In this document: positions 1-8,532 of the stretch, in pieces | Layout of the letters: every line of letters starts with the position of its first letter | Position numbering within the stretch: position 1 is the first letter of the stretch | Virus record (IMG/VR): IMGVR_UViG_2585427727_000015 | DNA from: a virus | Lineage: Duplodnaviria; Heunggongvirae; Uroviricota; Caudoviricetes | Strand: one strand, 5' to 3' | DNA length: 40,634 nt | Position numbers and translations under genes: made by a program | Notes under the pieces: generated by a model | Told to the model about the DNA's origin: nothing | Databases searched by the model: none | What the model saw: only the letters and a program-made list of their open reading frames with translations

Positions 1-1251
1 GTGCTTACCGATACAAAATTAAAAAACCTCAAGCCGCAGGACAAACTGTACAAGGTCTCCGATCGTGACGGGCTGTATGTAGCTGTGCTTACGTCAGGCA
101 CGGTCTCGTTTCGCTATGACTACCGTATCAACGGTCGCCGCGAAACACTGGTAATCGGGCAGTATGGGCGTGACGGTATCAGCCTGGCAGAAGCGCGAGA
201 AGAACTGATTGCTGCAAAGAAGCTGCTTAAAGCAGGCCAGTCGCCGGCTGCGGCTAAACGTGACGGTATCAAAAAGATTCGTGGTGCCGAGACGTTTGCG
301 GTACATACCGACAGTTATATGAAACACGTCATCCTGGCTGACAGTACCCGCGCAATGAAGCAGGCGGTGATCGACCGTGACATACTTCCGGTTCTTGGCA
401 ACAAAATGATGGCTGAAATTACCACATCGATGGTTCGTGATTTGTGTGACCGGATTGTCGAACGCGGTGGTCGGGCAACAGCAGTACAGGCCAGGGAGAT
501 CATCAGCAGCGTATACCGTCACGCCAATGACCGTGGTCATGGTTTGTTTAATCCTGCGGCTGACATTAAACCTTCGTCTATCGCCATATTTAAACCACGA
601 GAGCGAACACTGACACCAGAAGAAATTGGCCTGTTCTTCCGCACGCTGGATGCCATTGGTGCTATGGGCACTATGAAAATGGCTTTAAAGCTGGTGCTTA
701 TCACTATGGTTCGTAAAGGCGAATTCACCAATGCAACGTGGGATGAAATAGATTTTAAAAAATGGACATGGACAATTCCTTCAGACCGCATGAAGGGAAG
801 CCGGGCGCACGTTATTTACCTGCCTAAACAGGCACAGGATATATTGGTTGGGTTGCAGATGTGCGCTGGTGGAAGTGAATATCTGGTTCCTGGTCGTTAC
901 AATTTCCGGAAGCCATTATCTAATGCCGCGCTGAACTCTCTGATCGACAGAACGGTGAAAATAATAAATGAAGATGGTGAGCATATTCAGGGCTTCACCG
1001 TACACGATATGCGCCGTACAGCCAGTACGTTGTTGCATGAGGCTGGTTATCCTTCAGACTGGATTGAAAAGGCTCTGGCACATGAGCAGAAAGGTGTGCG
1101 CGCCGTATATAACAAAGCGGAATACGCCAGACAGCGCGCCTACATGTTGCAGCAGTGGGCCGATATGATTGATTCCTGGATTAACGGGGAGCATACGGAT
1201 CTGATTCCGTTCTCCCCGTCGAAGTTTGAGAAGTGGATGGCGGGGGAATAA
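1..1251 (+). CDS. int: Tyrosine-type phage integrase (site-specific recombinase); starts with GTG at window edge, 5' end may lie upstream
   Basis: 416-aa ORF; N-terminal LTDTKLKNLKP...DGLYV arm-binding-like region and C-terminal HDMRRTAST / Y-containing catalytic region typical of P4/lambda-family integrases; at prophage end. Confidence 0.9.
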   Translation: MLTDTKLKNLKPQDKLYKVSDRDGLYVAVLTSGTVSFRYDYRINGRRETLVIGQYGRDGISLAEAREELIAAKKLLKAGQSPAAAKRDGIKKIRGAETFAVHTDSYMKHVILADSTRAMKQAVIDRDILPVLGNKMMAEITTSMVRDLCDRIVERGGRATAVQAREIISSVYRHANDRGHGLFNPAADIKPSSIAIFKPRERTLTPEEIGLFFRTLDAIGAMGTMKMALKLVLITMVRKGEFTNATWDEIDFKKWTWTIPSDRMKGSRAHVIYLPKQAQDILVGLQMCAGGSEYLVPGRYNFRKPLSNAALNSLIDRTVKIINEDGEHIQGFTVHDMRRTASTLLHEAGYPSDWIEKALAHEQKGVRAVYNKAEYARQRAYMLQQWADMIDSWINGEHTDLIPFSPSKFEKWMAGE

Positions 1252-1254
1252 CGT

Positions 1255-1449
1255 TTAATAGTTCTGCTGATTTTCTTCCATCTCTGCTTCTGCTGCCAGT
1301 GATTCAATTTTGTTTTCGAATATTGCTGACAGTGTTGCAAATTCAGCATCAGTGACAGCGGGAATTGGAACAAACCTGAGCCCGCTGTGTGCAAGCATGT
1401 TTGCAGTTTCAAGGCATTTTCTTAAATCTGCTGGTGATGCCCTGTTCAT
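1255..1449 (-). CDS. Small hypothetical protein (64 aa), last gene of leftward operon
   Basis: ATG at 1449 overlaps the TGA stop of the upstream methyltransferase gene (ATGA coupling); converges on int stop. Confidence 0.4.
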   Translation of the reverse strand: MNRASPADLRKCLETANMLAHSGLRFVPIPAVTDAEFATLSAIFENKIESLAAEAEMEENQQNY

Positions 1450-2096
1450 GCAGCACGCTCCCGCCCCTGGTTGTCTGTTGGTGACAGCGGAGCATTGCTG
1501 AATGCATTTGTTAATCTGGCAATATCCAACGCGTATCCAGGGTGTAGTTGCACTGCCGGGTCTTCGCACTGATTACCCCAAACATCGAAGCCATGAGACG
1601 ACTGGCGGGCGAATAGTTCAATGCGAGAAACATCGCCTAACAATTGCACAAGTTTTTCACGAACGACATCTGGTTTTCTTGAGTGCTCAAGCCGCGGTGC
1701 AGTAAATGACTGAACGATCCCTGCATTAATGCGCGGAGGTAGTTTTCCCTTTACCGCAAACAGGCAATCTTCACTATTGGCGCGAGTCATGTGTCCCATA
1801 CCCATAACCAGTTTATCTGGTTGTCGACTACCACATTTTATCCACGTGAAGCCCTTCATGGTCATAAGACGGAATCCCCAGGCTTCAACAACTTTTAGTG
1901 CTTCGAGTGGTTGTGTTGGCACCCACCACATGGCCAACAGACAGTTTTCATCGGCTAAATCCCACACAGGAAGGCGGCAGATATCCAGCACACTCATAAC
2001 CGGATATTTAAAACCGGCACCGCGATTACCATCTGTGGCTTTGTCCCGGTATACCCAGGGTGGATCTGCATAGATTAGTGTGTATTTCTTAGTCAT
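1446..2096 (-). CDS. MT-A70 family DNA N6-adenine methyltransferase (orphan, no cognate restriction gene seen)
   Basis: DPPW motif (LIYADPPWVY) near N-terminus, typical of MT-A70/Dam-like phage methyltransferases; ATG at 2096 preceded by GGGGTGG SD-like sequence. Confidence 0.8.
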   Translation of the reverse strand: MTKKYTLIYADPPWVYRDKATDGNRGAGFKYPVMSVLDICRLPVWDLADENCLLAMWWVPTQPLEALKVVEAWGFRLMTMKGFTWIKCGSRQPDKLVMGMGHMTRANSEDCLFAVKGKLPPRINAGIVQSFTAPRLEHSRKPDVVREKLVQLLGDVSRIELFARQSSHGFDVWGNQCEDPAVQLHPGYALDIARLTNAFSNAPLSPTDNQGRERAA

Positions 2097-2388
2097 AAAC
2101 CACCCCACAACATCCTATGCCGCTATAGTCGCCACGGCGAAGGCCGTTACCTTTTGTGATACATTGGTCCCTGCGAACCGCGATCCTTGCACGTTCAACA
2201 TCACCAGAAGCAACATCCATACACTGAAGCCAAAGGTGAGCGGCAATGCGGAACTGCCCTTTTTTCTCTCTTTCAATCGCGAGTTTTTCGATCTCTATCG
2301 CCGCAGGAGTAACGGCAACAACCTTTGAAGGACGGCGCATTGAAACCTTGTTCATGTGATATTTTTCAAGTCGGCTTAACTTTCTCAC
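2089..2388 (-). CDS. Hypothetical protein (about 88-99 aa; alternative ATG at 2355)
   Basis: ORF in same orientation as flanking leftward-operon genes, overlaps methyltransferase start by 8 nt; no recognisable motif. Confidence 0.35.
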   Translation of the reverse strand: MRKLSRLEKYHMNKVSMRRPSKVVAVTPAAIEIEKLAIEREKKGQFRIAAHLWLQCMDVASGDVERARIAVRRDQCITKGNGLRRGDYSGIGCCGVVYD

Positions 2389-2497
2389 TTAATCCAACCC
2401 TCTCTGAAAATTAATGCCAGCAGATAAAGCCATGCTGAAACAGAGGCCAGGAATAAGTACCATCCTGACCATTTGCTCCAGTGCCTTAGCAGCACAC

Positions 2498-2746
2498 TCA
2501 TGCAGCGTTGCTCACAGGACGATATACACGTTGCTGAACAGGAGGCTTTTTACCCTGGAACTCTGCCGGGCTTGCTGCCTGACGTTCATCAAGCCAACGC
2601 TCAACTTCGTCACGGTTCCATGCGCAGCGTTTGTCAGTGATATACCAGCGTTTAGGAAATTCACCTGCGCGCTCCATACGGTCGATAGTGCTCCATGACA
2701 GTGGCACCACCGCCAGGAGTTCCTTCTTACCTAATGCACCTTTCAT
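2498..2746 (-). CDS. AlpA/Xis-like excisionase or transcriptional regulator (small HTH protein)
   Basis: 82-aa ORF with LLAVVPLSWSTIDRMERAGEFPKRWYI...AWNRDEVERWL pattern resembling AlpA/excisionase family; position between recombination genes and int. Confidence 0.65.
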   Translation of the reverse strand: MKGALGKKELLAVVPLSWSTIDRMERAGEFPKRWYITDKRCAWNRDEVERWLDERQAASPAEFQGKKPPVQQRVYRPVSNAA

Positions 2747-2795
2747 AAATAACTCTCTTGGTTGCAGTGCGGCGCGCGTGGCGCCGCGGTGGTGG

Positions 2796-3677
2796 TTACA
2801 TAGATGTTTCGTTTAATTCTTCCCGACGAACGCTGTAAACGTCGGTGGCTTTTGCCAGCAGTTCGTCATCATCTGAAAGTTTTTGTGCAATGTATTTGTA
2901 AGCCTTATCCAGTTCGGAGACAGTGCTGTAATTCATCGCTGCGCTGGTAAAGGCCATCAGCATTTCTTCTGGATCACGGCTATCCGCTTTACGCGTTTGC
3001 TCATCATGCTTTTTCACTGGTTTAGCGTTGATCAGACTGTTCATTCCCGCAGCAGTAGTCGTTTGCGGAGTAATGTCTCGCTCAACGCGCGGTGCCGTTT
3101 CCTGTAATTCGTCAGGGGTGTAAACACCGAGAAGCACATCAGGAGCGTGCAGGCGAGCCCATCGTTTCGTGCAAAGATAGGCAAGCTGCTGGCGCGGATC
3201 CTGTTCCCACAATGGAGAGTTACGCACTCCGGCTTGCGCCATACTGATGGTAAGCTCACGGGATTCTGCTTCTCCTTTAAGAACTGCTGACACAGTTACC
3301 GTCAGATTCGGTGATTTATCTGTTTTGCCGTTAACATTCGACCAGTCACCGCTCCAGCGATAATTCAGGCGTGTCGCTAGCAGGCTGGAAGAGGATACGA
3401 CCGCATTTACCAACTGTGCTTCGTAGCCTAACGTTCCGTTTACCACATGCGTTTTCTGCGCCACGGCGAAAGGGTTCATTCCCCACTGTGCCGCCTGCAT
3501 GGTCACCGCCAGACAATCGGCAGGTTTGCCTTCAAGATGTTTCGGTACAGTCGCTTTGCTTTGTGACATCAACTCCGCGAAACGCACCAGTTGATTCATG
3601 CCCTCCGGGCTGAAGATTGCCGCAGCAGTACCTACAGTTGCGCCTGGTTGTGATGTGATTGCGATATCATTGCTCAT
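2796..3677 (-). CDS. Single-strand annealing recombinase, RecT/Bet (Red-beta) family
   Basis: 293-aa ORF; C-terminal LCTKRWARLHAPDVLLGVYTPDELQE resembles the conserved Bet/RecT region; immediately downstream of and overlapping (ATGA) an exonuclease gene. Confidence 0.7.
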   Translation of the reverse strand: MSNDIAITSQPGATVGTAAAIFSPEGMNQLVRFAELMSQSKATVPKHLEGKPADCLAVTMQAAQWGMNPFAVAQKTHVVNGTLGYEAQLVNAVVSSSSLLATRLNYRWSGDWSNVNGKTDKSPNLTVTVSAVLKGEAESRELTISMAQAGVRNSPLWEQDPRQQLAYLCTKRWARLHAPDVLLGVYTPDELQETAPRVERDITPQTTTAAGMNSLINAKPVKKHDEQTRKADSRDPEEMLMAFTSAAMNYSTVSELDKAYKYIAQKLSDDDELLAKATDVYSVRREELNETSM

Positions 3678-4495
3678 ACGTACATATCCTGTTTACGTGC
3701 CCAGTCAGGGCGTTTAATAATTTCCACGCCGCCCCATTCATCATTGATGCGGCATTCGTGATAGGTATTCAGATCCCGGCGGAACAGAGCGTGCCCGGCA
3801 TCGACATCCGGCGCATCCAGCTCGAACACGCGTACCGGATACCGACCACAATCAATGCTTTCGCTCACGGCAAGAAAGAAAAAACCATGCGGCTGACCAG
3901 TAACCCTCATCGCTCCTTCGCGGTACATTGCGTCCTGCACGTGGTAGCGGAATTCCTCGATGTGGCGTGCAAAACGATCCATATCTGCAACCTTTTTCAC
4001 GTCGACGATCACGTTGTGCTCGTTCAGCCATTTGTCTGGACGAATGCGGCACAACTCACCAGTCTCTTCATCATTCCAGTACATTGATGCTTCGCAGTAA
4101 CCAGGTGCTTCCAGCATCCAGCGTGCCGCCGGGTGAGCCATTGCGCTATCACGCATCAGCTCCAGTTTCCGCCACTGCTCGGCATCAAGTACCGTAATCC
4201 CCATATCCGCTACATCACGAAGAAGCATTTCTTCGTCAGCTTTACCTTGTTTCGTCCGACGATCGAACTTCGGTGAAACAATGAAGCGTTTGTCGAATTC
4301 TCCAGGCTCCAGAAGCAGACAGTGCAATGCGGTTCCCATATCCAGTGCAGACTTTTTCTCTTCGTCTTCTGGTGCTGCCTGAACCCATTTAAGAAGCGCC
4401 GGATTCTTGGCAACCATGTCCAGTTGCGACTTACTCACGCCGTCACCGGCGTGGTAGTCTTCGTTGCTGATGTCGAAATAAATTCCCGGTTTCAT
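3674..4495 (-). CDS. Recombination exonuclease (RecE/YqaJ-like PD-(D/E)XK nuclease)
   Basis: 273-aa ORF, N-terminal DISNEDYHAGDGVSKSQL motif and acidic/lysine catalytic-like residues; paired with RecT-like gene as a two-gene recombination module. Confidence 0.65.
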   Translation of the reverse strand: MKPGIYFDISNEDYHAGDGVSKSQLDMVAKNPALLKWVQAAPEDEEKKSALDMGTALHCLLLEPGEFDKRFIVSPKFDRRTKQGKADEEMLLRDVADMGITVLDAEQWRKLELMRDSAMAHPAARWMLEAPGYCEASMYWNDEETGELCRIRPDKWLNEHNVIVDVKKVADMDRFARHIEEFRYHVQDAMYREGAMRVTGQPHGFFFLAVSESIDCGRYPVRVFELDAPDVDAGHALFRRDLNTYHECRINDEWGGVEIIKRPDWARKQDMYV

Positions 4496-4791
4496 GCCGC
4501 TTCCCTCTGCCCATCAATCCGATCCGCCAGATCCCAGCGGGCGATAATTGCCATTGCCTCGCGCCGGTAGGCATCCATAAGTTCTTCGAACTCAGGGCTG
4601 TCTTTAGCTGCCTCCAGCACTTCCTGGCGAACTCCTTTGCCTGTTACAGCGTCAAAAGTTGAGGCCAGTTGATGAAGCCGGATGCTCTCGATCAGTTCAA
4701 CTTGTCGGTCATATAGCTGTTCTGACAGGCGGTAGTCCTTGTCGAATGCCAGCATGATTTTTTGAAGATTTTTCTGCTGATTAACGTTCAT
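4492..4791 (-). CDS. Hypothetical early protein (99 aa; ORF also open to ATG 4806)
   Basis: ATG at 4791 preceded by strong SD GGGAGGG; overlaps exonuclease start (ATGA at 4492-4495). Confidence 0.5.
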   Translation of the reverse strand: MNVNQQKNLQKIMLAFDKDYRLSEQLYDRQVELIESIRLHQLASTFDAVTGKGVRQEVLEAAKDSPEFEELMDAYRREAMAIIARWDLADRIDGQREAA

Positions 4792-4793
4792 TA

Positions 4794-4946
4794 TCAGCCC
4801 TCCCATATCTCGTTATCGTTGGCCACATCGCGAGCTTCTTTGCTGACGAAAGCCCACTTAATGCCTTCCTGTAAGGTGCGGAACTTCCAGCTCATGAATC
4901 CGCATGCAGTAACGCAGTACCAACCGTTGATGATTTTCCACTGCAT
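4794..4946 (-). CDS. Small hypothetical protein (50 aa), first gene of leftward early operon
   Basis: ORF below track threshold; start ATG 4946 lies about 20 nt downstream of predicted PL -10; stop TGA abuts next gene's ATG. Confidence 0.35.
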   Translation of the reverse strand: MQWKIINGWYCVTACGFMSWKFRTLQEGIKWAFVSKEARDVANDNEIWEG

Positions 4947-4965
4947 AACTTGTTACCTCGGCCTG

Positions 4966-5042
4966 TTACCGTTGAGGTAATAATTATGCGTATTTGGTTT
5001 GGTGTCAATAGATATGAGTTAAAAAAATTACCCATTAGGTAA
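4966..5042 (-). promoter_or_regulatory. Leftward early promoter (PL-like) with two operators TTACC-N5-GGTAA
   Basis: Minus-strand TTGACA (5003-5008) and -10-like TAATTA (about 4981-4986); perfect palindromes at 4966-4980 (overlapping +1) and 5028-5042 (upstream of -35), centre-to-centre 62 bp. Confidence 0.6.
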
Positions 5043-5050
5043 TAGTATAG

Positions 5051-5078
5051 GCAATAAAAAAGCCGCCAGAAGGCGGCT
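5051..5078 (-). terminator. Rho-independent terminator of repressor gene
   Basis: Hairpin AGCCGCC-AGAA-GGCGGCT followed on minus strand by TTTTTATT. Confidence 0.7.
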
Positions 5079-5099
5079 TACTTACTGAAAAGTATGATT

Positions 5100-5684
5100 T
5101 TATTGTTTGTTTTTTTCGTTCTGGTTGATGACAAATTCAATGTAACTTTCGATCTTTGCTTTCTCGGTTTCGGGTAACAATGCGTAGCGCGAGCGGTCAT
5201 AGTTGATGGTCGCAGGGTCGTGCGGGTGAATCAGTAATTCATAGCCGTGACGCCCGAATGCGGATGCAACATTCTCCAGGGTGGAAATGGAAACGCTGAC
5301 CTCATTGTTTAACAGGCGGCTGATTGTCACCTGGGCGACGCCGGATGCGCGGTGAAGTTTTCCCTGTGTTGAAAGGTCGCGGCTTTCGCTCATCCAGCGT
5401 TCCAGGTTGTGAGCCGCCAGCTGACCAATGTCGCTTGGGCCGACAGGCTGAAAACCTTCCTGAGAAAGCGAGCGATCGATATCAAGCCAGTTACGTGGTT
5501 TATTGGCGGCAGCTTCAATTTTTCGCGCAACCTGGTCGCCGATAACCTTCTTGCCAAGAGCCCAGCGGTTTACCAGATTTGCCTGAGTTCCAAGTTTTTC
5601 TGCCATCCGCGTCTGAACACCATTGAATTCACGGTCGATCAAGTCGTTGAGATTTTGCCTGCGGACGTCCTGGATACTTTTCAT
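5100..5684 (-). CDS. Prophage repressor (CI-like; XRE-type HTH, possibly two HTH-like segments; no S24 peptidase domain evident)
   Basis: 194-aa ORF divergent from Cro-like gene; HTH-like segment TRMAEKLGTQANLVNRWALGKK and a second ASGVAQVTISRLLNNEVSVSISTLENVASAFG; flanked on both sides by operator palindromes. Confidence 0.7.
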   Translation of the reverse strand: MKSIQDVRRQNLNDLIDREFNGVQTRMAEKLGTQANLVNRWALGKKVIGDQVARKIEAAANKPRNWLDIDRSLSQEGFQPVGPSDIGQLAAHNLERWMSESRDLSTQGKLHRASGVAQVTISRLLNNEVSVSISTLENVASAFGRHGYELLIHPHDPATINYDRSRYALLPETEKAKIESYIEFVINQNEKNKQ

Positions 5685-5739
5685 TTTCTGGAAAATCGCC
5701 TCATATATGAATCAGTAGATGATTCAATTTAAAGCAATA

Positions 5740-5802
5740 TTACCCAACAGGTAAATGCACCTCATAGGTAACTATCCTTGATTTTTGTTACCTTATGGGT
5801 GA
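5740..5802. promoter_or_regulatory. Tripartite rightward operator (OR-like) between repressor and cro-like gene
   Basis: TTACCCAACAGGTAA (5740-5754, perfect), GCACCTCATAGGTAA (5757-5771, half-site variant), TTACCTTATGGGTGA (5788-5802); plus-strand -35 TTGATT at 5778-5783. Confidence 0.6.
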
Positions 5803-5838
5803 ATATTTATTATCTGAAATAAATATCAGGCAATAGCT

Positions 5839-6069
5839 ATGAGCGATAACGGACATTTCGATTTCAAAAAGCACTGGCTTGCACTTACTCCGGATGAGCG
5901 TGAAGCCTTCGCACAGGAAGCCGGAACGACGAGTCACTATATCCAGACTCACTTAACAGGTAAGCGCAAAATGCCAGGTAAAGTATTGATGAATGGGCTT
6001 TTTAAAGCCTGTAAAACAAGGCAATGGCTGCGCTCAAAAGCAGAACTGGCATACTTCTTCTACTCATGA
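5839..6069 (+). CDS. Cro/YdaS-like small HTH regulator
   Basis: 76-aa ORF divergent from repressor across operator region; HTH-like segment QEAGTTSHYIQTHLTGKRK. Confidence 0.6.
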   Translation: MSDNGHFDFKKHWLALTPDEREAFAQEAGTTSHYIQTHLTGKRKMPGKVLMNGLFKACKTRQWLRSKAELAYFFYS

Positions 6070-6090
6070 TATCCAGCTACAACCCTCTGT

Positions 6091-6114
6091 AGACCGCCAC
6101 CCGGCGGTCTTTTC
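6091..6114 (+). terminator. Rho-independent terminator after cro-like gene (tR1-like)
   Basis: Hairpin AGACCGCC-ACCC-GGCGGTCT followed by TTTT. Confidence 0.65.
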
Positions 6115-6124
6115 ATATCTATTC

Positions 6125-6139
6125 GTACCTCAAAGGTAA
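6125..6139. promoter_or_regulatory. Operator-like palindrome GTACC-N5-GGTAA upstream of replication module
   Basis: One-mismatch copy of the TTACC-N5-GGTAA motif, immediately downstream of the tR1-like terminator. Confidence 0.45.
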
Positions 6140-6219
6140 TAAAAAACCAAATCTGGTTGATCTTTTTTTTGTGTCAGCACAAAATGACCGTAATCCCAAT
6201 ACTAATAACAGGGCTTACC

Positions 6220-6420
6220 ATGGAAATCATTACACGTATTGATGCCGCAAAGCGCGGACTTAAACGCTACTACACCGGAAAAACATGTAAGCACGGACAT
6301 GACAGTGAACGCTGGGTTTACAACGGACACTGTGTTGAGTGCACCATGGAATCAAACCGTCGTATCAGGGCAGAGATTAAGCAGATCATGATTAATTCCT
6401 CCCCACAACATTCAAGCTGA
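6220..6420 (+). CDS. Small zinc-ribbon-like protein (66 aa)
   Basis: C-x-HGH...C-x-x-C spacing (CKHGHD...CVEC); ATG 6220 with AGGG SD-like sequence; precedes O-like gene. Confidence 0.4.
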   Translation: MEIITRIDAAKRGLKRYYTGKTCKHGHDSERWVYNGHCVECTMESNRRIRAEIKQIMINSSPQHSS

Positions 6421-6435
6421 TAGCGGAGATTAATC

Positions 6436-7227
6436 ATGAGCAGACATGCAACAGATTGGGCCTGGGAGACAGATCCAGGTAGCTCGTCATTAAAGCTCAT
6501 ACTGCTCTCGATGGCTGACAGAGCCGATGAATATAACCTCTGCTACCCCAGCATAGAACGCCTCGTTAAAGACACTTGCCTGAATAAAAAAACCGTGCAG
6601 GCCGGACTTATATCGCTCATGAAAATGGGGCTTATTTCAGATACCGGAGAGAGAAAGGGAGCGACGAAAAGAGTGCGGGTTTTCTCTCTTAATATAACCA
6701 AAAACGGGAACATTAAAGGCAACCGGGAAGGGGGTAATGAACCCGAAAACGGTAATGTTACCGAAAACGGGAATATACCCAAAAACGGGATGTTGAATGA
6801 TCCCAAAAACGGGATCCAGAACCAGTCATATAACCAGTCATTTAACCAAGAGAGGGAGAGCAGGACAAAAACCGGGGATTCTGTGCCTCATGACCCCGGC
6901 GCAAACAACGCCGTGATGAATAACTTTGTTCCTCCTGGTGGGCCAGGGCAATTAGGCAAATTTGTCATGCATGAACAATGGCACCCATCAGATGACTTTC
7001 TTCGGAAAAGCTCATTGCAGGGGATCTACCTGGACAGTCTGCCAACGGCACAGGAACTTGCAGAGTTCAGAATTTACTGGATGGCTGAGGGTAAGGCATA
7101 CCATCAGGCACAGTGGGAGCAGAAGCTGGCAAGGCGGCTGCAGATTAGCAGACAGAAGCAATCAACATTACCTGATAACAACGTTCCGCACTGGAACAGC
7201 CCTGAAGCATGGGAGGATTTCTTGTGA
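6436..7227 (+). CDS. Replication initiator, lambda O-like (N-terminal DNA-binding domain, iteron-containing middle, C-terminal P-interaction-like region)
   Basis: 263-aa ORF; gene contains 5 iterons encoding NGN-rich repeats; followed by overlapping P-like gene. Confidence 0.7.
   Translation: MSRHATDWAWETDPGSSSLKLILLSMADRADEYNLCYPSIERLVKDTCLNKKTVQAGLISLMKMGLISDTGERKGATKRVRVFSLNITKNGNIKGNREGGNEPENGNVTENGNIPKNGMLNDPKNGIQNQSYNQSFNQERESRTKTGDSVPHDPGANNAVMNNFVPPGGPGQLGKFVMHEQWHPSDDFLRKSSLQGIYLDSLPTAQELAEFRIYWMAEGKAYHQAQWEQKLARRLQISRQKQSTLPDNNVPHWNSPEAWEDFL
6698..6845. repeat. Replication origin: 5 iterons (consensus about CCSAAAACGGGAAT) plus AT-rich segment with 2x AACCAGTCAT
   Basis: AAAACGG cores at 6701, 6746, 6764, 6782, 6806 (spacings 45/18/18/24); direct repeat AACCAGTCAT at 6820 and 6833; located inside O-like gene as in lambda ori. 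Confidence 0.7.
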
Positions 7228-8009
7228 ACAACGTTTTTACCGCGATACAAAACCGTGACGGAGAAGCCCTTTCTCGCATGTCAGGTTATGAGCATCAGTA
7301 CACCAACAATGACAACGTGGTGAACATGTCAGCAGAGAGGCTTGTTGATGCCCTTTTCAAACAGCTGAAACAACTGTTTCCGGCGGCAGTGGTAACCAAC
7401 CTGAAGACGCCAGAGCAGGAAGTCGCTGCAAAACAGCAGTGGATTGCTGCGTTTGCCGAAGGTGGGATCCGAACCCGTGAACAGGTTTCTGCTGGTATGC
7501 GCCACGCCCGCGCCAGTGAATCTCCGTTCTGGCCGTCGCCAGGGCAATTCATCAAGTGGTGCAAAGACAGCAAGATGGTTCTTGGCGTCACCATTGACGA
7601 TGTGATGGCGGAGTTTCACCGGTACAGCAAGGAAAAAAGTTTATATCCTGGTGGTCCCGAAAGATTCCCGTGGCGGCATCCGGTTATGTACTGGGTCGTA
7701 TGTGATACCCGCCGTGCAATGTATCAGCGCCAGCTTAGCGAGATTGAGGTTGAGAAACACGCGCGCAGGCTGCTCGATGATTGGGCGAAAAAGGTGGCTT
7801 CCGGACAGCAGATACCCGATCCGGTGATCAGCATACAGGCAAAGCCAGAGCCCATGAGTACGCCTCCGGACACAGGGAGAGACGTTTACCATCCACCAGG
7901 GCGAAGTTTCGGGTGTATGCCTAACGCCGCTACCCTGGGGGGAATAACACCGGCGCAGTGGCTGATGGAGGAATACAGGCGGGGAAAGGCGGCAGGATTT
8001 ATCAAGTAA
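7224..8009 (+). CDS. Replication protein P-like (helicase loader)
   Basis: GTG start overlapping O stop (GTGA); region SAGMRHARASESPFWPSPGQFIKWCKD closely resembles lambda P NAGMRVARRQNRPFLPSPGQFVAWCRE. Confidence 0.8.
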   Translation: MNNVFTAIQNRDGEALSRMSGYEHQYTNNDNVVNMSAERLVDALFKQLKQLFPAAVVTNLKTPEQEVAAKQQWIAAFAEGGIRTREQVSAGMRHARASESPFWPSPGQFIKWCKDSKMVLGVTIDDVMAEFHRYSKEKSLYPGGPERFPWRHPVMYWVVCDTRRAMYQRQLSEIEVEKHARRLLDDWAKKVASGQQIPDPVISIQAKPEPMSTPPDTGRDVYHPPGRSFGCMPNAATLGGITPAQWLMEEYRRGKAAGFIK

Positions 8010-8080
8010 TACCAGCGCGATAGCGCATTTTTTTACGTCTTGATAATTACCTGTTGAGTAATAAAATATTCTAAAATCTA

Positions 8081-8123
8081 TTGATTTCGTGTCTTATGTG
8101 GTTTTTAATTACCTTAGGGGTAA
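8081..8123 (+). promoter_or_regulatory. Promoter with operator at +1: TTGATT-N17-TTTAAT followed by TTACCTTAGGGGTAA
   Basis: -35 8081-8086, -10 8104-8109, perfect palindrome 8109-8123 directly upstream of ATG 8127; weaker copy TTACCTGTTGAGTAA at 8047-8061. Confidence 0.5.
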
Positions 8124-8126
8124 ATC

Positions 8127-8471
8127 ATGAGAAAACAGATACAGGCTCTTGGTCGACTCAAAACAGGCCAGATGAACAAAACAGAATCTGCGTATTGCCA
8201 GCACCTTGAGCTGCGTAAACGTGCAGGGGAAATCGCCTGGTATCGATTCGAGGGTATCAAGCTGCGGTTAGCTGATAACACGTTCTATACGCCAGATTTC
8301 GCTGTGATGCTCGCCACCGGAGAGATGGAACTGCACGAAGTGAAAGGTTTCTGGACCGACGACGCCAGGGTGAAAACCAAAGTCGCCGCAGATCAATATC
8401 CGTTCCGAATCATCGGGGTAACTGTTAAGCCAAAGAAAGCAGGTGGTGGCTGGAAAATCGAAGAGTTCTGA
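8127..8471 (+). CDS. PD-(D/E)XK-type nuclease, DUF1064-like (putative Holliday junction resolvase)
   Basis: 114-aa ORF with YTPDFAV...ELHEVKG (D...E-x-K) motif. Confidence 0.5.
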   Translation: MRKQIQALGRLKTGQMNKTESAYCQHLELRKRAGEIAWYRFEGIKLRLADNTFYTPDFAVMLATGEMELHEVKGFWTDDARVKTKVAADQYPFRIIGVTVKPKKAGGGWKIEEF

Positions 8472-8532
8472 ATCGACGATCTTTTTAGTTATCAATGTAA
8501 TCAATAAGTTATGTGGATAAGCGAGGGTAAAG

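Noticed and set aside
5757-5771. Counting GCACCTCATAGGTAA as a perfect operator
   Set aside because: Only one half-site is canonical; kept as a weaker middle site of the OR cluster rather than a perfect copy.
6698-6845. Short tandem repeats as a possible CRISPR array
   Set aside because: Repeats are about 14 bp, imperfect, lie inside a coding gene with regular 18-bp spacing and no unique spacers; they fit replication-origin iterons.
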